Below, piece after piece: positions 1 through 12,455 of a stretch of 64,000 nt of DNA (positions are counted from its first letter, which is position 1; each line of letters starts with the position of its first letter). The position numbers and the translations under genes were made by a program. The stretch is from Lepidodermella squamata. Taxonomy: Eukaryota; Animalia; Gastrotricha. The notes beneath the pieces are model-generated. The model saw only the letters and a list, made by a program, of their open reading frames with translations. It searched no databases and was not told the origin of the DNA. Location of the stretch: contig JBLDXI010000016.1 in assembly GCA_047495785.1 (NCBI GenBank), positions 496,001-560,000 on the forward strand. The letters run 5' to 3'.

Positions 1-890
1 ATTGTCTTTGGCAGCTAAATATATCAGATTATTGACTGAAAAAATGGATCATCGCGACGTTTGCGCCAAGTTGCACAAAGCGTGAACAATTGCGTCTAAG
101 ACCTATTAAAGCAGCAGGAATGGGGGTCAAAGCAATAAACCACTTCTAAACCGATCGAGAGATTCACGTGATGTTATATTAGATGAGAAGAGCGCTGTAT
201 AATTCCTTTTTTTGTAAACAATGAGATAATTCGTAAAAAAACGTGGGAATTATAATCCCAGGTATTTCACCATATTTATCTGAATTTTTAGGATCCCCGG
301 CTTTGAATAAGCTCTCGCGCGGCAGGGTTCTAGAGTTTCAGTACATTTTCGTGTAACGGGCTAATTAATTGTACATTAGCTGGCATGTCAGGCAATGGAA
401 TCTTGGAAATACCCTTCTCCCTTCTCTTTGATAGCAAGTTTAGGTCTTCTATGTAGCCTAGATAAAGCGAGTTGTTTGACTTGGGTTTTTAATGCGAACG
501 AAGCCATAAACGTAGGAATAATAATAAGGCGAGAAATTTAATGCTCACCCTTCTATTGCGCCAATTTTGGCGACGTTTCGACACATTCATGTGCTATCAT
601 TTATTCCAGGCAAAACAAAGAAATAGGCTACAACATATATTGAGTGTAGAAAAAAGTACAACAAAGAGGATCAAATAGATAGCTTAGCTTTGATAGAGTC
701 CTTTTGATTAATGAGGTTAGGCTTGACTGATTAAATGAAGAGAACAAGGAATCATGAATTTTTCAAACAGGAGACACCGGCTACTAGAAATCTTGGTATG
801 TATTTAGTCCTCAGTCTTCAATTTTGGCCGTGTAGACCATAACAACTCGTTATAACAATTGGTCAACAACAGCTATTTCTGTTGATACAT

Positions 891-3605
891 TTATTGAACT
901 CCCAGCACTCCTTGAAAATAAGATCCAACTTTGGTCCAAATTCCGTCCTCACCGAGCCTCCGCAACTCTATTGGATAAATTCCAAGCTTGTTTGACCCAT
1001 CGATGTTGTAGTATCGGCCATGCAAGCCATCGATCATCGTCACATTCGACGCATCCGAGAATAATTTTGAAACTGAGGCTGTCTTAAGATCCGAAATTGT
1101 TCGATTCTCTGTAAAAATATTTGTTCCAAATTTGATATGTTTTCAGCTCTAATTTCGTGAGACAGCATTCTCAGTGCTTCAGTGCTGGAAACCAAAACTT
1201 GAATCACATAAACTGCATTTTCCGAAATTTTTTTTATATTTCGAATTTTGTCACTATTTTAAGATCGGAGCAATTTTGTCTGATCTCATTGACGTATTGT
1301 TACTCAGTTTTTTCATTTATTTCTTGAACATATATGAGTTGAAAATATTACCTTGGCTTAGTCGATTCGCTATATTTCCTAGAATTTTCCCAGTGTATAG
1401 CACCAGATCGTAGCATCTTGAAGATGGATGCGTTTTGACCGGAGAATCGTTGCCCAAATCAGCAATTTTCGCGTTCATAACTTGATCAAACTCATCCGCC
1501 GAAAGCTGCGAACCATTCACGTAATCACGCGGCGAAAAAGTTGAAATAGGCGCCTCCGTAATAGAAACGACCGAATCATTCATGACTTGTCTCACGGCCC
1601 CATATGGACATTTTCTTTCATAATGATAACTCGAATGCCCAAGAGCGTCTTCCGATTCGGCACCTGTGACTAGAATTGTAACATTTGGCCCGTAAAGTCC
1701 GTAACGAAAAAGTTGACAAAATGCATCGTAGAGCGAAGCAACGTTAACAATAATCAAATTGGGATTCTGCAGTCGCAAAGCCTCGCCGTAGTTATAATCG
1801 CCAGAAATGTAATGTCGCCGCGCAGTTATATTGCGATTCGAAAATCGTCCAATTAAGGAAGCTTCAAACTAAAGTTAATATTTTAAAATTAAAACAAATC
1901 GTGGTTGGAAATTTTGAAATAAAAAAATCAAGAATTTTACAGTTTCGAAGTGCCTATTTGTACATAATTTTCAAAAGTGACCTACTTGTTATTTCACGAA
2001 TTTTTAGGGGTTTCATGGTTAGGATTAGGGTTGGCGTTGGGGTTCGTTTTGAAAAAGCGAATGTTCAAATGGGCAAAAGGTACCACATAATTATATGCAA
2101 ATACGAGCACCTTTCAAGTTTTTATAATTTCAAAAAGTTCTAAATTTTGAACTTCAAATTTATTTAAAATATTTTTATCATTCGTGCTTGGAAATTTTAA
2201 AAATTCTCAACATCGATTTTTATTGAATTAAATTTAATTAAAAAATAATAATTTATAATTGTAATCGGGTCTACAAATTGATGATATTTACCTCTCTGCA
2301 TGCAGTTACCGAAACATCAGTGACAACGGCGATGTTAACGGCTTTTTTTGTTACGATTTTCATCGCTATCAATTTTTCAACGAATTGCGTCATGACGTCA
2401 GCAGCAAAATCGGATATATAAGGCACCAGAGCGCGAACATTTTCCAATCGATCACGTCCAGCCGGAGCGTAGTAGCTGACCTAAATTCACGGCGTGAATA
2501 GTCAATTTTCAGCTAAACTTAAGGAGGCTTGCCATGGTTATATTGAAAGCTGAAGCGACCCTCGCAAGATTGTTGCGCTCTGTTGATCGGAAGCAGTCGC
2601 CCAAGGTCAGATGAATAGGTAAGCGATCGGGGTAGTCAGGAGATGAACTCCAGGTCTTGAACGTTCTCGAAATTGCCACTGAAGCCTGACACTGAAACGA
2701 AAAAAATCCCATCAAAATTACACGTAAGACAAAAGTGCTAAATCTCTCTCGAAAGTTTCCGAGTTGTTACTACTAAATAAATAACACAGTAACTATTTGA
2801 ATATGGATTCCGATGTTAATTCTTGCTAATTACATAAAATTACATGAAATTGTCACTGCAGTACTGCGGAGAACAATGGGATCCAGTGCTATTGTTCAGC
2901 GCAGTACCCGGGCCGCCGGGCTCGGGCCTCTGGAATCGGGTCGTCGGGCTTGGGTCGCCGGGCTCGGGTCATCCTACAACCAACGCCCACCCCGACAATT
3001 TTACCAAGTCCCGGCCCGAGCCCGGCAGCCCGGGTACTGCGCTGAACAATAGCACTGGATCCCATTGTTCTCCGCCGTGCTCTGGCTGGCACCTTGGCCG
3101 GCCCGTGTGCGATGAAGCGTGATTCTCTCGAATTTATTAAATTTACAGTAAACGTCGCATACGGGCATGTTTTAAACCGGCCCGAGCGCAGAGCGGCAAA
3201 TCAATGCTACCCGTCTGCGTACGGGCCGGCCGGAGCGCGTACGGGCCAAAATCGGGCTCGGGCCCCAACATTACCACATACCGCATCATCTAACAACTCG
3301 AGTCGCAGTTCATAGCCAGGCAGCCAATTCGGGTCCATGTGCAATCGTTCGAGAGCGATTTCCATAGCTTTCGTGCACAGCAAACCGATAGGTTTGCTCG
3401 TGAACAAAGTACTGTAGGTTACAGCGGCCGTCATTGTCACAATTTTGCTCCTGTTGCTTGGCGCCTTGAAAACGTGCTGCTGCAACGTAGCTTCCATCCG
3501 GCTGTACTTTGTTATTGGCGTAGCACTCTGTTCGTAGCTGTGAACTAATCCGAAGAATAATGGGAGACAACCGCTGGTTATCGTTATCGCAATCAAAATA
3601 TTCAT
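891..3605 (-). CDS. VFT-A: secreted Venus flytrap (ANF-receptor-like) domain-only protein, class C GPCR ectodomain paralog, about 468 aa
   Basis: Exons 3605-3282, 2691-2533, 2480-2292, 1868-1352, 1108-891 splice in frame. Signal peptide MNILIAITITSGCLPLFFGLVHS. It shares CxxAMEIALxRLHxDPxWLPGYxLxLELxDD, YGLYGPN and CYDL motifs with the 7TM paralogs in the window. The stop TAA overlaps AATAAA and no TM exon follows. Confidence 0.8.
1950..2110. mobile_element. Small MITE-like insertion with degenerate TTAGGG-like core in intron 3 of VFT-A
   Basis: Imperfect TIR gtgcctatttgtacataatt / aattatatgcaaatacgagcac; internal ggttaggattagggttgg; absent from the homologous intron of VFT-B. Confidence 0.55.
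2866..3075. mobile_element. GC-rich foldback MITE in intron 1 of VFT-A
   Basis: Inverted arms of about 63 bp at 2866-2928 and 3013-3075 with one mismatch; absent from VFT-B intron 1. Confidence 0.85.
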
Positions 3606-4280
3606 TTAATACTGCGTTTTCTCTGTAATTCCAATATAATGGATTACAAATACTGCACAATGCGTGACCTAGTTAATTGTCATTTGACCTAAAGTATTCA
3701 AACAAGCTTATAAAGCTTATAAACTGATAGAGGATAGAGCGATTGATGTCGATTATCATTATGAGCATTTTTCTATTTTAACCGAAAATATTTGAAGAAA
3801 ATTCTGTTTTTTCACTCTTCCCAGGTATTCTTTGAATTTATAGGATTTCCGGATTTGAGGAAGCTCTATTGGGGGAGACTTTCGATTTTCACTACATTTC
3901 TAGTTCCGGCTAATTAATTTGACGATCGCGTGCTCGTCTCCGTAAATTGAATCCTGAAAATATTATTCCTTCAATTATAGAAAACTAGGAGCTTCGAATC
4001 TAGGAGAGATAAATTTATTTATCTCTGCTTCTAACATCCTGGAAAAATACGCGCACTATTATAATGCGCAGTTTTTTTGTACCTACACCCTACACTAGCT
4101 ATATTCATCTGCGTGGCCAATGAAAGTCGTCCCCCACCCAGTGGGCGGAGCTTAGACGGTCTATATAAGCCTTATATAGATCCTTATTATATATCTGAGT
4201 TTTTCTGTCCCTTATCTTGTAAGGGACCGAAAAGCTCAGATTATTTAGTTGCTGAACGACCGTCACAACCGTTTTGATAG

Positions 4281-4870
4281 ATACGCTGAACTTCACGAGC
4301 TGTTCAGAAAATCTGCCGCCCAGCATCACCTTCCGACGATTGGATTGCTGGAACGACAGCTGTGACTGCTGGTAAATATCAATTCATTTGGTTTGAATGA
4401 TGACTTATTGACTTGATACATCAGGATATGGGGTCTAGCCAATTCCGGTGGAGCTATATCCGATATTCTGAGATACATCACAACGCCGATTGTTAGCAAA
4501 GCCGCATGCCAAACTTCATGGGGTACCGACTCAATAACCGACAGGCTTGGCGATTATTTCAGTGACTCATCAATCAGACATTGCTAATCGAGTTACTTTA
4601 AACATATTACAAAAATGGGGTGTATCAGCCTGTCATGGGGATTCTGGTGGCTCTGTCATGTCCTACTCGCACGGCTATTACAAGCTGTGAAGCATCACTT
4701 CGTTCGGCGACACATTCTGCAGTGCCACCTACTCCGTTCACACCCGTGTGGCATCGTACTTGGATTGGACTGCCACCAATGCAGTTGCCACCACTGGCTA
4801 TGTTTTATCCCAGTGTGCAATCCTGGGTCATATTCGTCTTACATCAAGTGCGAATGTTTTCTATGAATAG
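4281..4870 (+). pseudogene. Trypsin-like (S1) serine protease pseudogene fragment, C-terminal half
   Basis: Manual translation gives VQKICRP..GTTAVTAG / WGLANSGGAISDILRYITTPIVSKAAC / SACHGDSGGSVMSYSHGYYKL*SITSFG..VHTRVASYLDW. It has the GDSGG catalytic-Ser motif, an in-frame TGA and frameshifts; no His-motif exon was found. Confidence 0.85.
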
Positions 4871-5579
4871 AGGAATGATTCTTTTTTTCTCTTTTTCAAA
4901 CTGCTTGCTGCTCGAATTTCAATAAGAACCTTTCTGCAAACATGCTGATAGGCGGAATTGTTTAATATTGTTCCCCGTAAATCAGGAAAAAATAATCATG
5001 CCTCTCTACTTCAGTTGACAAGCCTTTTCATGTCAAATTGTAGATTCAGATTCAAAGGTGAGCAGATATCAGACGCCGATGAAATTTACCACGAAGCGCC
5101 TCGAATTTTACGTTTAAACTATTCAACGCGCAAAATAGTTGGAATTTTAATTATTAAAGATTGCAGGGAGAAATTTTTCAAAACTTCAGGCGCCAGGCAG
5201 AATGGTCCGGTTTAGACCAAGTCCGGATTATTATTTTATACCGCACGGAGTCCGTATTGGGAAATGTAACGTTAACTTCAGGATTTTTCACATTTTACGT
5301 ACTTCAAAGTCATTCAAGTCGTACTTTTTCACATAAATAATTGAACTACATACATGCTAGATGTTAGATCTGGGATGATTATGGCCGGTTGAAAAATTGA
5401 CGAGGTGTTTCGTGCCAAGCAGGTGCCTGCATTTTCCTCCAAATCTTCTGCAAAATTGACCATCATGCCTAAGCCGACTCAGACCCTATAATCCGTCCGG
5501 TTTAGAAAGTAATTACAATGTGAAGTCCACACGTTTGGATCGAGCCACCCGAATATATTTATTCGGAATATATTTTACC

Positions 5580-5667
5580 GGAACCAAATTTACGGTGAGC
5601 GGAACCTAATTTACTGTAGCGGAATCTAATTTACTGTAGCGGAACCAAATTTGCTTTCTGCGGAACC
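5580..5667. repeat. Minisatellite, about 20-bp unit x4
   Basis: Repeated ggaacc(a/t)aatttactgtagc-like unit. Confidence 0.7.
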
Positions 5668-7258
5668 GAAGTCGAAACATGCCAAGAGTCATTTTTTGAA
5701 TATTTATACGAATTTTAGGCTAAGCATGAATTCTGAATTGAACTTTCCGTCTGATGAAGAATGTTGCGCTGAATTCACTGGTGAATTTTCTAGAATTATT
5801 GATGATAAGTGTCTTCGAAATTGATAAAGACATCGAGCAAGTAATTAATTATGATAAACAACTTATTTTAGCCATAGAGAACAACATAAAGTAAACATCC
5901 AACTAGACAACGGTTAGAAGAAATTTTTAAAAATGATTGGCGAAATTTTTTACCGCCGATGGCTTCTTCAATCAATATAATCTTGTTGAACTTCAAGTGT
6001 TTCTTGAAGGAATGTTCCAGATTTAGTCCAGTCCTGCAAATGTCTCCTGCAGCGAGCCTTCGCAACTCAAGTGGATAGATTCCAAGAATTTTTGACCCGT
6101 CGATGTTGTAGTATTGGCCATGCAGGCCGTCGATCATCGTCACATTGGACGCTTCGGAGAATAACTTTAAAACGGACGCTGTCTTCATATCTGAAATTTG
6201 TCGTTTCTCTGAAAAATGGTTGTTAGAAAAAATCAAATGATGTATAATAACGCTAATATTAACAATAATTGACAGTCCTAGGAACTGGAACTTAAACCTT
6301 ACATTGCCCGATTATCTGAAATTGTTTAATTTATTGAATTGAAGATTTTTTCTCAATTTTCGGATCAAATAGATATTTTCTGAAGTCATTCGACATTTTA
6401 AGATAATTGTAATATGTTATCTAATTTTTGAAGTTTTGAACAAGAAAGTTATAAATTGATTACCTTGGCGAAGTCTATTCGCTATATTTCCGAGAATTTT
6501 CCCTGTGAATAGCACCAAGTCGTAGCATCTTGAAGCTGGATACGTTTTGATCGGAGAATCATCGCCCAAATCAGAAATTTTTGCATGCATTGCTTTATCA
6601 AACTCAGCCGCTGAAAGCTGAGTGGAATCCACGTAATTACGCGGCAAAAAGGAGGTGGTAATCGGAACCTCCGTAATGTGAACGACCGACGCAGTCATAA
6701 CTTGTCTCACGGCCGCCCGGGGACATTTCCTTTCGTAATAATAATTCGAATACCCAAGAGCGTCTTCCGATCCGGCATCTTCGACTAGAATTGTGACATT
6801 TGGCCCGTAAAGTCCGTAGCGAAAAAGTTGACAAAATGCATCGTAGAGTAAGGGCACGTTTAAGATAATTAAATTAGGATTCTGCCGCCGCAAAGCCTCG
6901 CCGTAGTTGTTATCGCCGGAAATGTAATGTCGCCGCGCAGTAATGTTGCGACTCGAAAATTGTCGGATCAAAGAAGTTTCAAGCTAAAGTAAAAAACAAT
7001 CGTGGTTGTAAATTTTGAAAACAAAAAACTGGATTTTTTCGATGATTTCATCAAATTTTCAGTTTTCATTTTTTAATTTATTTTTTATCATTTGTATGAT
7101 TGGATATTTGGAAATTAAAAATATTTGGAATTCAGATTTTTTATTGTTGAATTAAATCAAATTAGGACAAATTTTTAAAATAGCAATTCGGCTTATAAAT
7201 TGGTGATATTTACCTCTCGGTATGCAGTTACCGAAGCATCAGTGACAACGGCGATATT

Positions 7259-8508
7259 GAGGGTTGTGATCGAAACGAGCAAACATTTATTCCAGCCTAT
7301 TCCACGCTATTCCACGCTTTATCCCACGCTATTCCTTGATTAACTTGGCGAAACCTTCTCAATTACGAAAATTTTGCTGCAAAAGAGGTGATCGAAAGAA
7401 GCAAACACGCAAAAACGCACTCTATTTCAGAGTAGATTCGAAGTAATCGCGAATTTCTGCGAAAATAGCTGTAATTTATTTATTTTCGTCGATTTTTGTG
7501 GGATAAAACGAGAATTTTGGGGTAAAATCTGCACCCCAGTCCGGACTGTGTCATAAATTTGCTTCAAAATGAGCAAATCGAGTGAAAATTTCAGAAAAAG
7601 CTGCGATGATTCACCGATGATTCGCCGTAAAATTGCGCAACAGTTGACGTTTCGATCTAAAAAAGTCAATATTGCGTTTAGATATTACCTTTGCCTCCAA
7701 ACCTTGCCACCCGGCCTAGTGGCCAAGCAAGGTTAGCGCGACCTCTTACACGGTTCAGAGCTCAACAAAGCACACCTTTAATAATCGATTTTCTGGCCGT
7801 TTTAGTAATCACGTGAAAACATGGATATGAAGATTTGTGAACTAATGAATGAGCGTTGATCGTGTTTTTGGCTAACATCTTCACAAATTGGAGGCGTATA
7901 GCTACCGGCAGTCGGATTTTCAATAGCAGGGAAGTTGAGATTAATCAAGTTTTTGGGGTTAGTCATTCATCCGAAGTCGGCTCGAAACTAGCAACAACAA
8001 TATTGGGCAAAAGACATCATCCGAAAAACGTGTTAGCGGTTAGCGGCATTGAACAATGTCAACCTAACTTCGTTGTCTTCGTCACTAATGACACTAACCC
8101 TGCCTTTCACGATTTCAACACTCATTTCTATTTCTATTAGATATGATTCGCATTGAGATGAACACCCGCTGAAATGCGTCTTGTCCGGCTCCTAATTCCG
8201 TGACATTAAAAAATGAGCGAAAATACATGAAAATATGGTTCAAATTTTACAAAATGGCACTGAATTTGCAAAGTCAACCGGAATGCAGGCGTGCATTGTT
8301 ACAGTGTTACTTCATAATCGCGATTATTGCGCGTTATTGGGACCATTGTTACTCAACACAAGATAAATTGTAAATCTTAATTTGCCATCGAATTTCTTCC
8401 GAGAATAGCGCAAACCTAATGCCGGGACAAATTTACTGAGAGAAATAACAAATAATTCTCGAAAGCTAAAATGACACAAATTATTTGCTTCTTTCGATCA
8501 CAACCCTC
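7259..8508. mobile_element. Non-autonomous DNA transposon, 1250 bp, 3-bp TSD ATT (PIF/Harbinger-like), inside VFT-B exon 3
   Basis: TIR gagggttgtgatcgaaa at both ends; ATT at 7256-7258 and 8509-8511; the reconstructed empty site matches VFT-A (gcgat-gtt-aacgg). Confidence 0.9.
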
Positions 8509-8577
8509 ATTAACGGGTTTCTGTAGTACGCTATGCTCGAATTGGGTCATGACGTAAGCGGTTGAATCGGATATATA

Positions 8578-8770
8578 GGCAGACCGCCATAACAGCGAAT
8601 ACCCGAAACAGCGAACGCGACAAAACAGCAAAAAATCTAATTTGCAACATAACAGCGATTTTAATATGGCACATTACACAGCATTTTGGGGAGGATTTTT
8701 CGCTGTTTCGTCGCTTTCGCTGTTATGTCGGTTTCGCTGTTCTGCGCATTCGCTGTTTTGACGTCCTACC
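8578..8770. mobile_element. 193-bp Mutator-like MITE with 9-bp TSD inside VFT-B exon 3
   Basis: TSD ggatatata at 8569-8577 and 8771-8779; imperfect TIR ggcagaccgccataacagcgaat / attcgctgttttgacgtcctacc; internal aacagcga repeats; empty site present in VFT-A. Confidence 0.9.
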
Positions 8771-9785
8771 GGATATATAAGGCACCAGAGCGAACACATT
8801 ATCCAAGCGATCATTTCCGCTATTTTCTGCAGCCGAAGCGTAGTAGCTGACCTAAATTACAAGAGAATAAGTAGTTCGTTTTCGATCGAAATTAACGAGG
8901 CTTGCCATGGTTATATTGTAATTAGAAGCGACCCTCGCAAGCGTATTGCGCTCTGTTGATCGGAAGCAGTCGCCCAAGGTCAGATGAATTGGTAAGCGAT
9001 TGGGGTAATCAGGCGATGAACTCCACATCTTGATCGTTCTCGAAATTGCCACTGGAGCCTGACACTGAACGAAAAAAAATCCCATCAAAATTACACGTAA
9101 GACACAAGTGCCGAATCTCTCAAGAAAGTTTCCGAGTTTTTACTTTCTAAATAAATGAGAGTCTTTAGTATGGATTCCAATGTAAATTATTGCTATTACA
9201 TGAAATAAGAAAAATTTACGATTTCAGAAAAAAATTGCTTAACTGCCTATAATCTTAATTTCTCGATTTGCCGTTTTCTTCGTAATTCGTAAAATTACCC
9301 AATCATCTAACAGCTCGAGTCGCAATTCATAGCCAGGCAGCCACATCGGGTCCATGTGCAATCGTTCGAGGGCGATTTCCATAGCTTTCGTGCACAGCGG
9401 ACCGACGGGTTTGCTCGTGAACCAAGTATTGTAGCTTACAGCCGCTGTTTTTGTCACGATTTGCGTCCTGGCGTCCTGCGGATAGAAACCGCGCTGCTGC
9501 AACGTATCTTCCATCGGGCCGGACCTTGACATCGGCGCAGCACTCTGTTCGTAGCTGTGAACGAATCCGATGAATAATGGCAGACAGACGATGGTTATTG
9601 CAATCAATAAAATATTCATTATATACCATACAATTATCTGCATTATTTCGAAAAAACGTTTACTATTACTTTATTACTATTACTTCCAAGCCCTGTTTTA
9701 CATGGAATTTGACCTAGGTATATCATTTTATTCGAACATTCCTGTTTTGAGAGCGAGGTCAAAGCAATAAACTGATAGAGCGATT

Positions 9786-11937
9786 GGGTGGTATTCTCGA
9801 AGCAGTTTACATTAAAACCAAGTTTTATAAGACCAAACCAAAAACATTTTCGGTATGAACAAGACCAAGAGCTTATTCTTGCGTATATAAAACGAGTTCA
9901 GTTTCTGATCGGGGATTAACTGTAGACTTTATTAGACTAATTAGGTTGCGTAACAATCACGTTAAAATTACGAAAAATTTGGAAATTAACTTTGAAATTA
10001 GAATATGTTGGAAAATGTGGAATTGTTGGAATAGGGAACCGGGTGCCCTAATTTCGGCCACCTCATCCAGTTACGCTAATACCTTGAGTTTGATACCGTT
10101 AAATTCGTCTCGGCAAGCCTAACGTGGAAATGGCCTTTGATGCTTTACCTGGGAGCTTTTCCTTGACGACGTGATGCCTGAAACTCGGGTGTTTATGGCT
10201 ACAAAGCACTCGAGAACGACATGACCCCCTCGCCTGCATTTGTAATTATTTTTTGCTGCACAGCCTTAGTGTCCAAATTTCGGCCAGTGGCCGAGGTTAG
10301 GCCACAGCGACCGAATTTAGGAAGCGGCCAAAATGAGGGATTCCTGCTCTACGGATGGGCGGTACAGCCTGGTTAACTAGGATGTTGGGGAACATTTTCT
10401 CCTACTATCGGCTAACCCGAGCCCTTTGCCAAAAATCGAAAAATTGGCAGGCCAATATTAAATGAATTCCCGGCTGTCTGTGGTTCATGCGATCATTTCG
10501 ATTCGATTCAAGTTAATTGACAATTCTCGGCGATTTTTCATGAAAGCCCTGATATTCCAAATTATTACCCTTTATCGAACCACCTGGCCGGGAAAATGAC
10601 TGCCATACTAAATTGGCTAAATCAAAACACCGTCCAAAACAGATAAAATCAATTCTTGGAGGTAGAAGCGATTTTGACGAAATTGGGTAGCTTGTGTGGC
10701 ACGTGATTTAACATGGCCGCGTTTGTTTATATGAACCATCTGGCCCAAACTAGCATGATGATTTATTGCTTCATTCCATTTAAATTTCACATATTTTTCG
10801 CGCATTTTACACGTAAAAATCGGCCAGGTTACCCTATCATTTTCAGGTAACTCAGCTCATTTGTTTACTAGATGTTATCTCGAGTCGAATGACTTTGGCT
10901 GTGGCATTATTTTACGATCCCAGAATTGGGATATAGTTATGTCACATTAATCTCAGCCTGAAATTGATCACTTGTCTACCTTTAATTTAAGATTTTAAAT
11001 ATGAATGCAGGCTGTAGCGCGAGTACTAAATAATTTATTGTCCGAAAAATAAGATACAATTTTTTGATTAAATTAGCGATTAAATTAGCGAGAAGGTGAA
11101 TTTATTAGCCAATGAAAACGAAGGCTACTGAATATGAATCCACAAAATTCACTAATCGTTTCATATGAGAAATATTCAGATTTATTCAAATCGAGACAGC
11201 TTATTTTCTATTTTTATAGCCAGGCAGGAAACCCCTTCAAAAAATTTCTGCTGAACAAATGTAGGTACATTCCGATGTAATAACGCGGGTGAATAAAATA
11301 TCGGAATATGCAAATTTATCAGTCTTCTTAAATTAAGCTCATCGGAAGAGGTGGTTTCAGAGTTTTTCATGAAATTTGTTTTTCGCTAATGCGTAAAGTT
11401 TCGTCGCCTATTAGCCGAGATTAGACCCTGTCCTCAGTCTTAGCCTTAGATCGGTATAGAGTTCTCGTTACTTCATCCATGCAAACTGTTGAACTGGTTC
11501 GTATTCACTACGCGGGGCTAATCTTGGGTTCTAATATCGTTTTTAGATCTCGGGTTTCAGTTTTCTCGCTCATGAGAAGCTGAAACCAGATTTTTCTAGA
11601 AAAAAAATCCAAATGCGTAGACCTGGTAGGGGGCAGGTCTACAGCTCATGGGTAAATTTGGACTGAACAGGCGGTTTAAACGGGGAGTTGGAAACAGTTC
11701 GGTTTTAAAATTTAAAACTTGGTTTTAAAGAAAGCCATCCATCGCCGGATTAACAGCTATTTTAGCCGTTTGTCCCAACTTCTGTGTTTCATAACAATTG
11801 AATGTACCAAAAGAACAATCGACAAAAATTCGTGGACAATCCTAAAACCAAATGCTAATTTGATTTGGTCTACATGAAACCAGGTCTATACCCAGTTTGG
11901 TCTTAACATCGACAAAACCGCTTCGAGAATACCACCC
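9786..11937. mobile_element. 2.15-kb non-autonomous DNA transposon, TSD ATT (PIF/Harbinger-like), upstream of VFT-B; probably contains nested elements
   Basis: 18-bp perfect TIR gggtggtattctcgaagc; ATT at 9783-9785 and 11938-11940; the empty site gagcg-att-gatgtc is present upstream of VFT-A at about 3737-3750; no transposase ORF. Confidence 0.9.
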
Positions 11938-12455
11938 ATTGATGTCGAATATCATAATGAGGATTTGTTTAACATTGCCATGATTTTTTTTTCTAAATTT
12001 TCGCTAATTTTACGCTCAATTTCAATTACCAGGGATTTTTCCAGAAATGTCTTCTGAATGTATAGGATTTCCGGATTTGAGGAAGCTCTCGTGTGGAGAG
12101 ATTTTCGTTTTTAGGTACATTTCGTGTTTCGAGCTAATTAATTTTACAATAGCAGAGGCATGTCTTGAGACTGAACCTTGAACATATTATATAATCAATC
12201 ATAGAAATTAAGGAGCTTCTGCATTCTGCATATATCCTTGAAAAACACGCTTGAGTTGTTTGACTGGATTATTTTTATTTTTAATACGAATCAAGTGATA
12301 AAAGAGTGACTAAAATCGACATTGCGTATACAAATCGAGACAAACACGTCTTATTAATGATGCGGTTTTCAGAACAATAACATGACAGACAAGAGGTGTG
12401 AAGCGTGATGTTTCGAAGGTTAACGAGTGAAAATTCCGAAAAAATCGACTCGTCG

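Larger units (their letters stand above)
5868..9619 (-). pseudogene. VFT-B: tandem duplicate of VFT-A, exon 3 interrupted by two transposons (probable pseudogene; splice rescue possible)
   Basis: Same five-exon layout as VFT-A (9619-9299, 9064-8906, 8851 to about 7213 split by TEs, about 6983-6463, 6208-5868) with high similarity; no 7TM exons downstream. Confidence 0.75.

Noticed and set aside
2813-3122. Overlapping ORFs with the same peptide (MGSSAIVQRSTRAAGLGP) on both strands
   Set aside because: Artefact of the palindromic MITE in an intron.
7705-7770. tRNA/SINE-like A-box (ggcctagtggccaagcaaggttagcgcg)
   Set aside because: No cloverleaf or convincing B-box; it lies inside a transposon.
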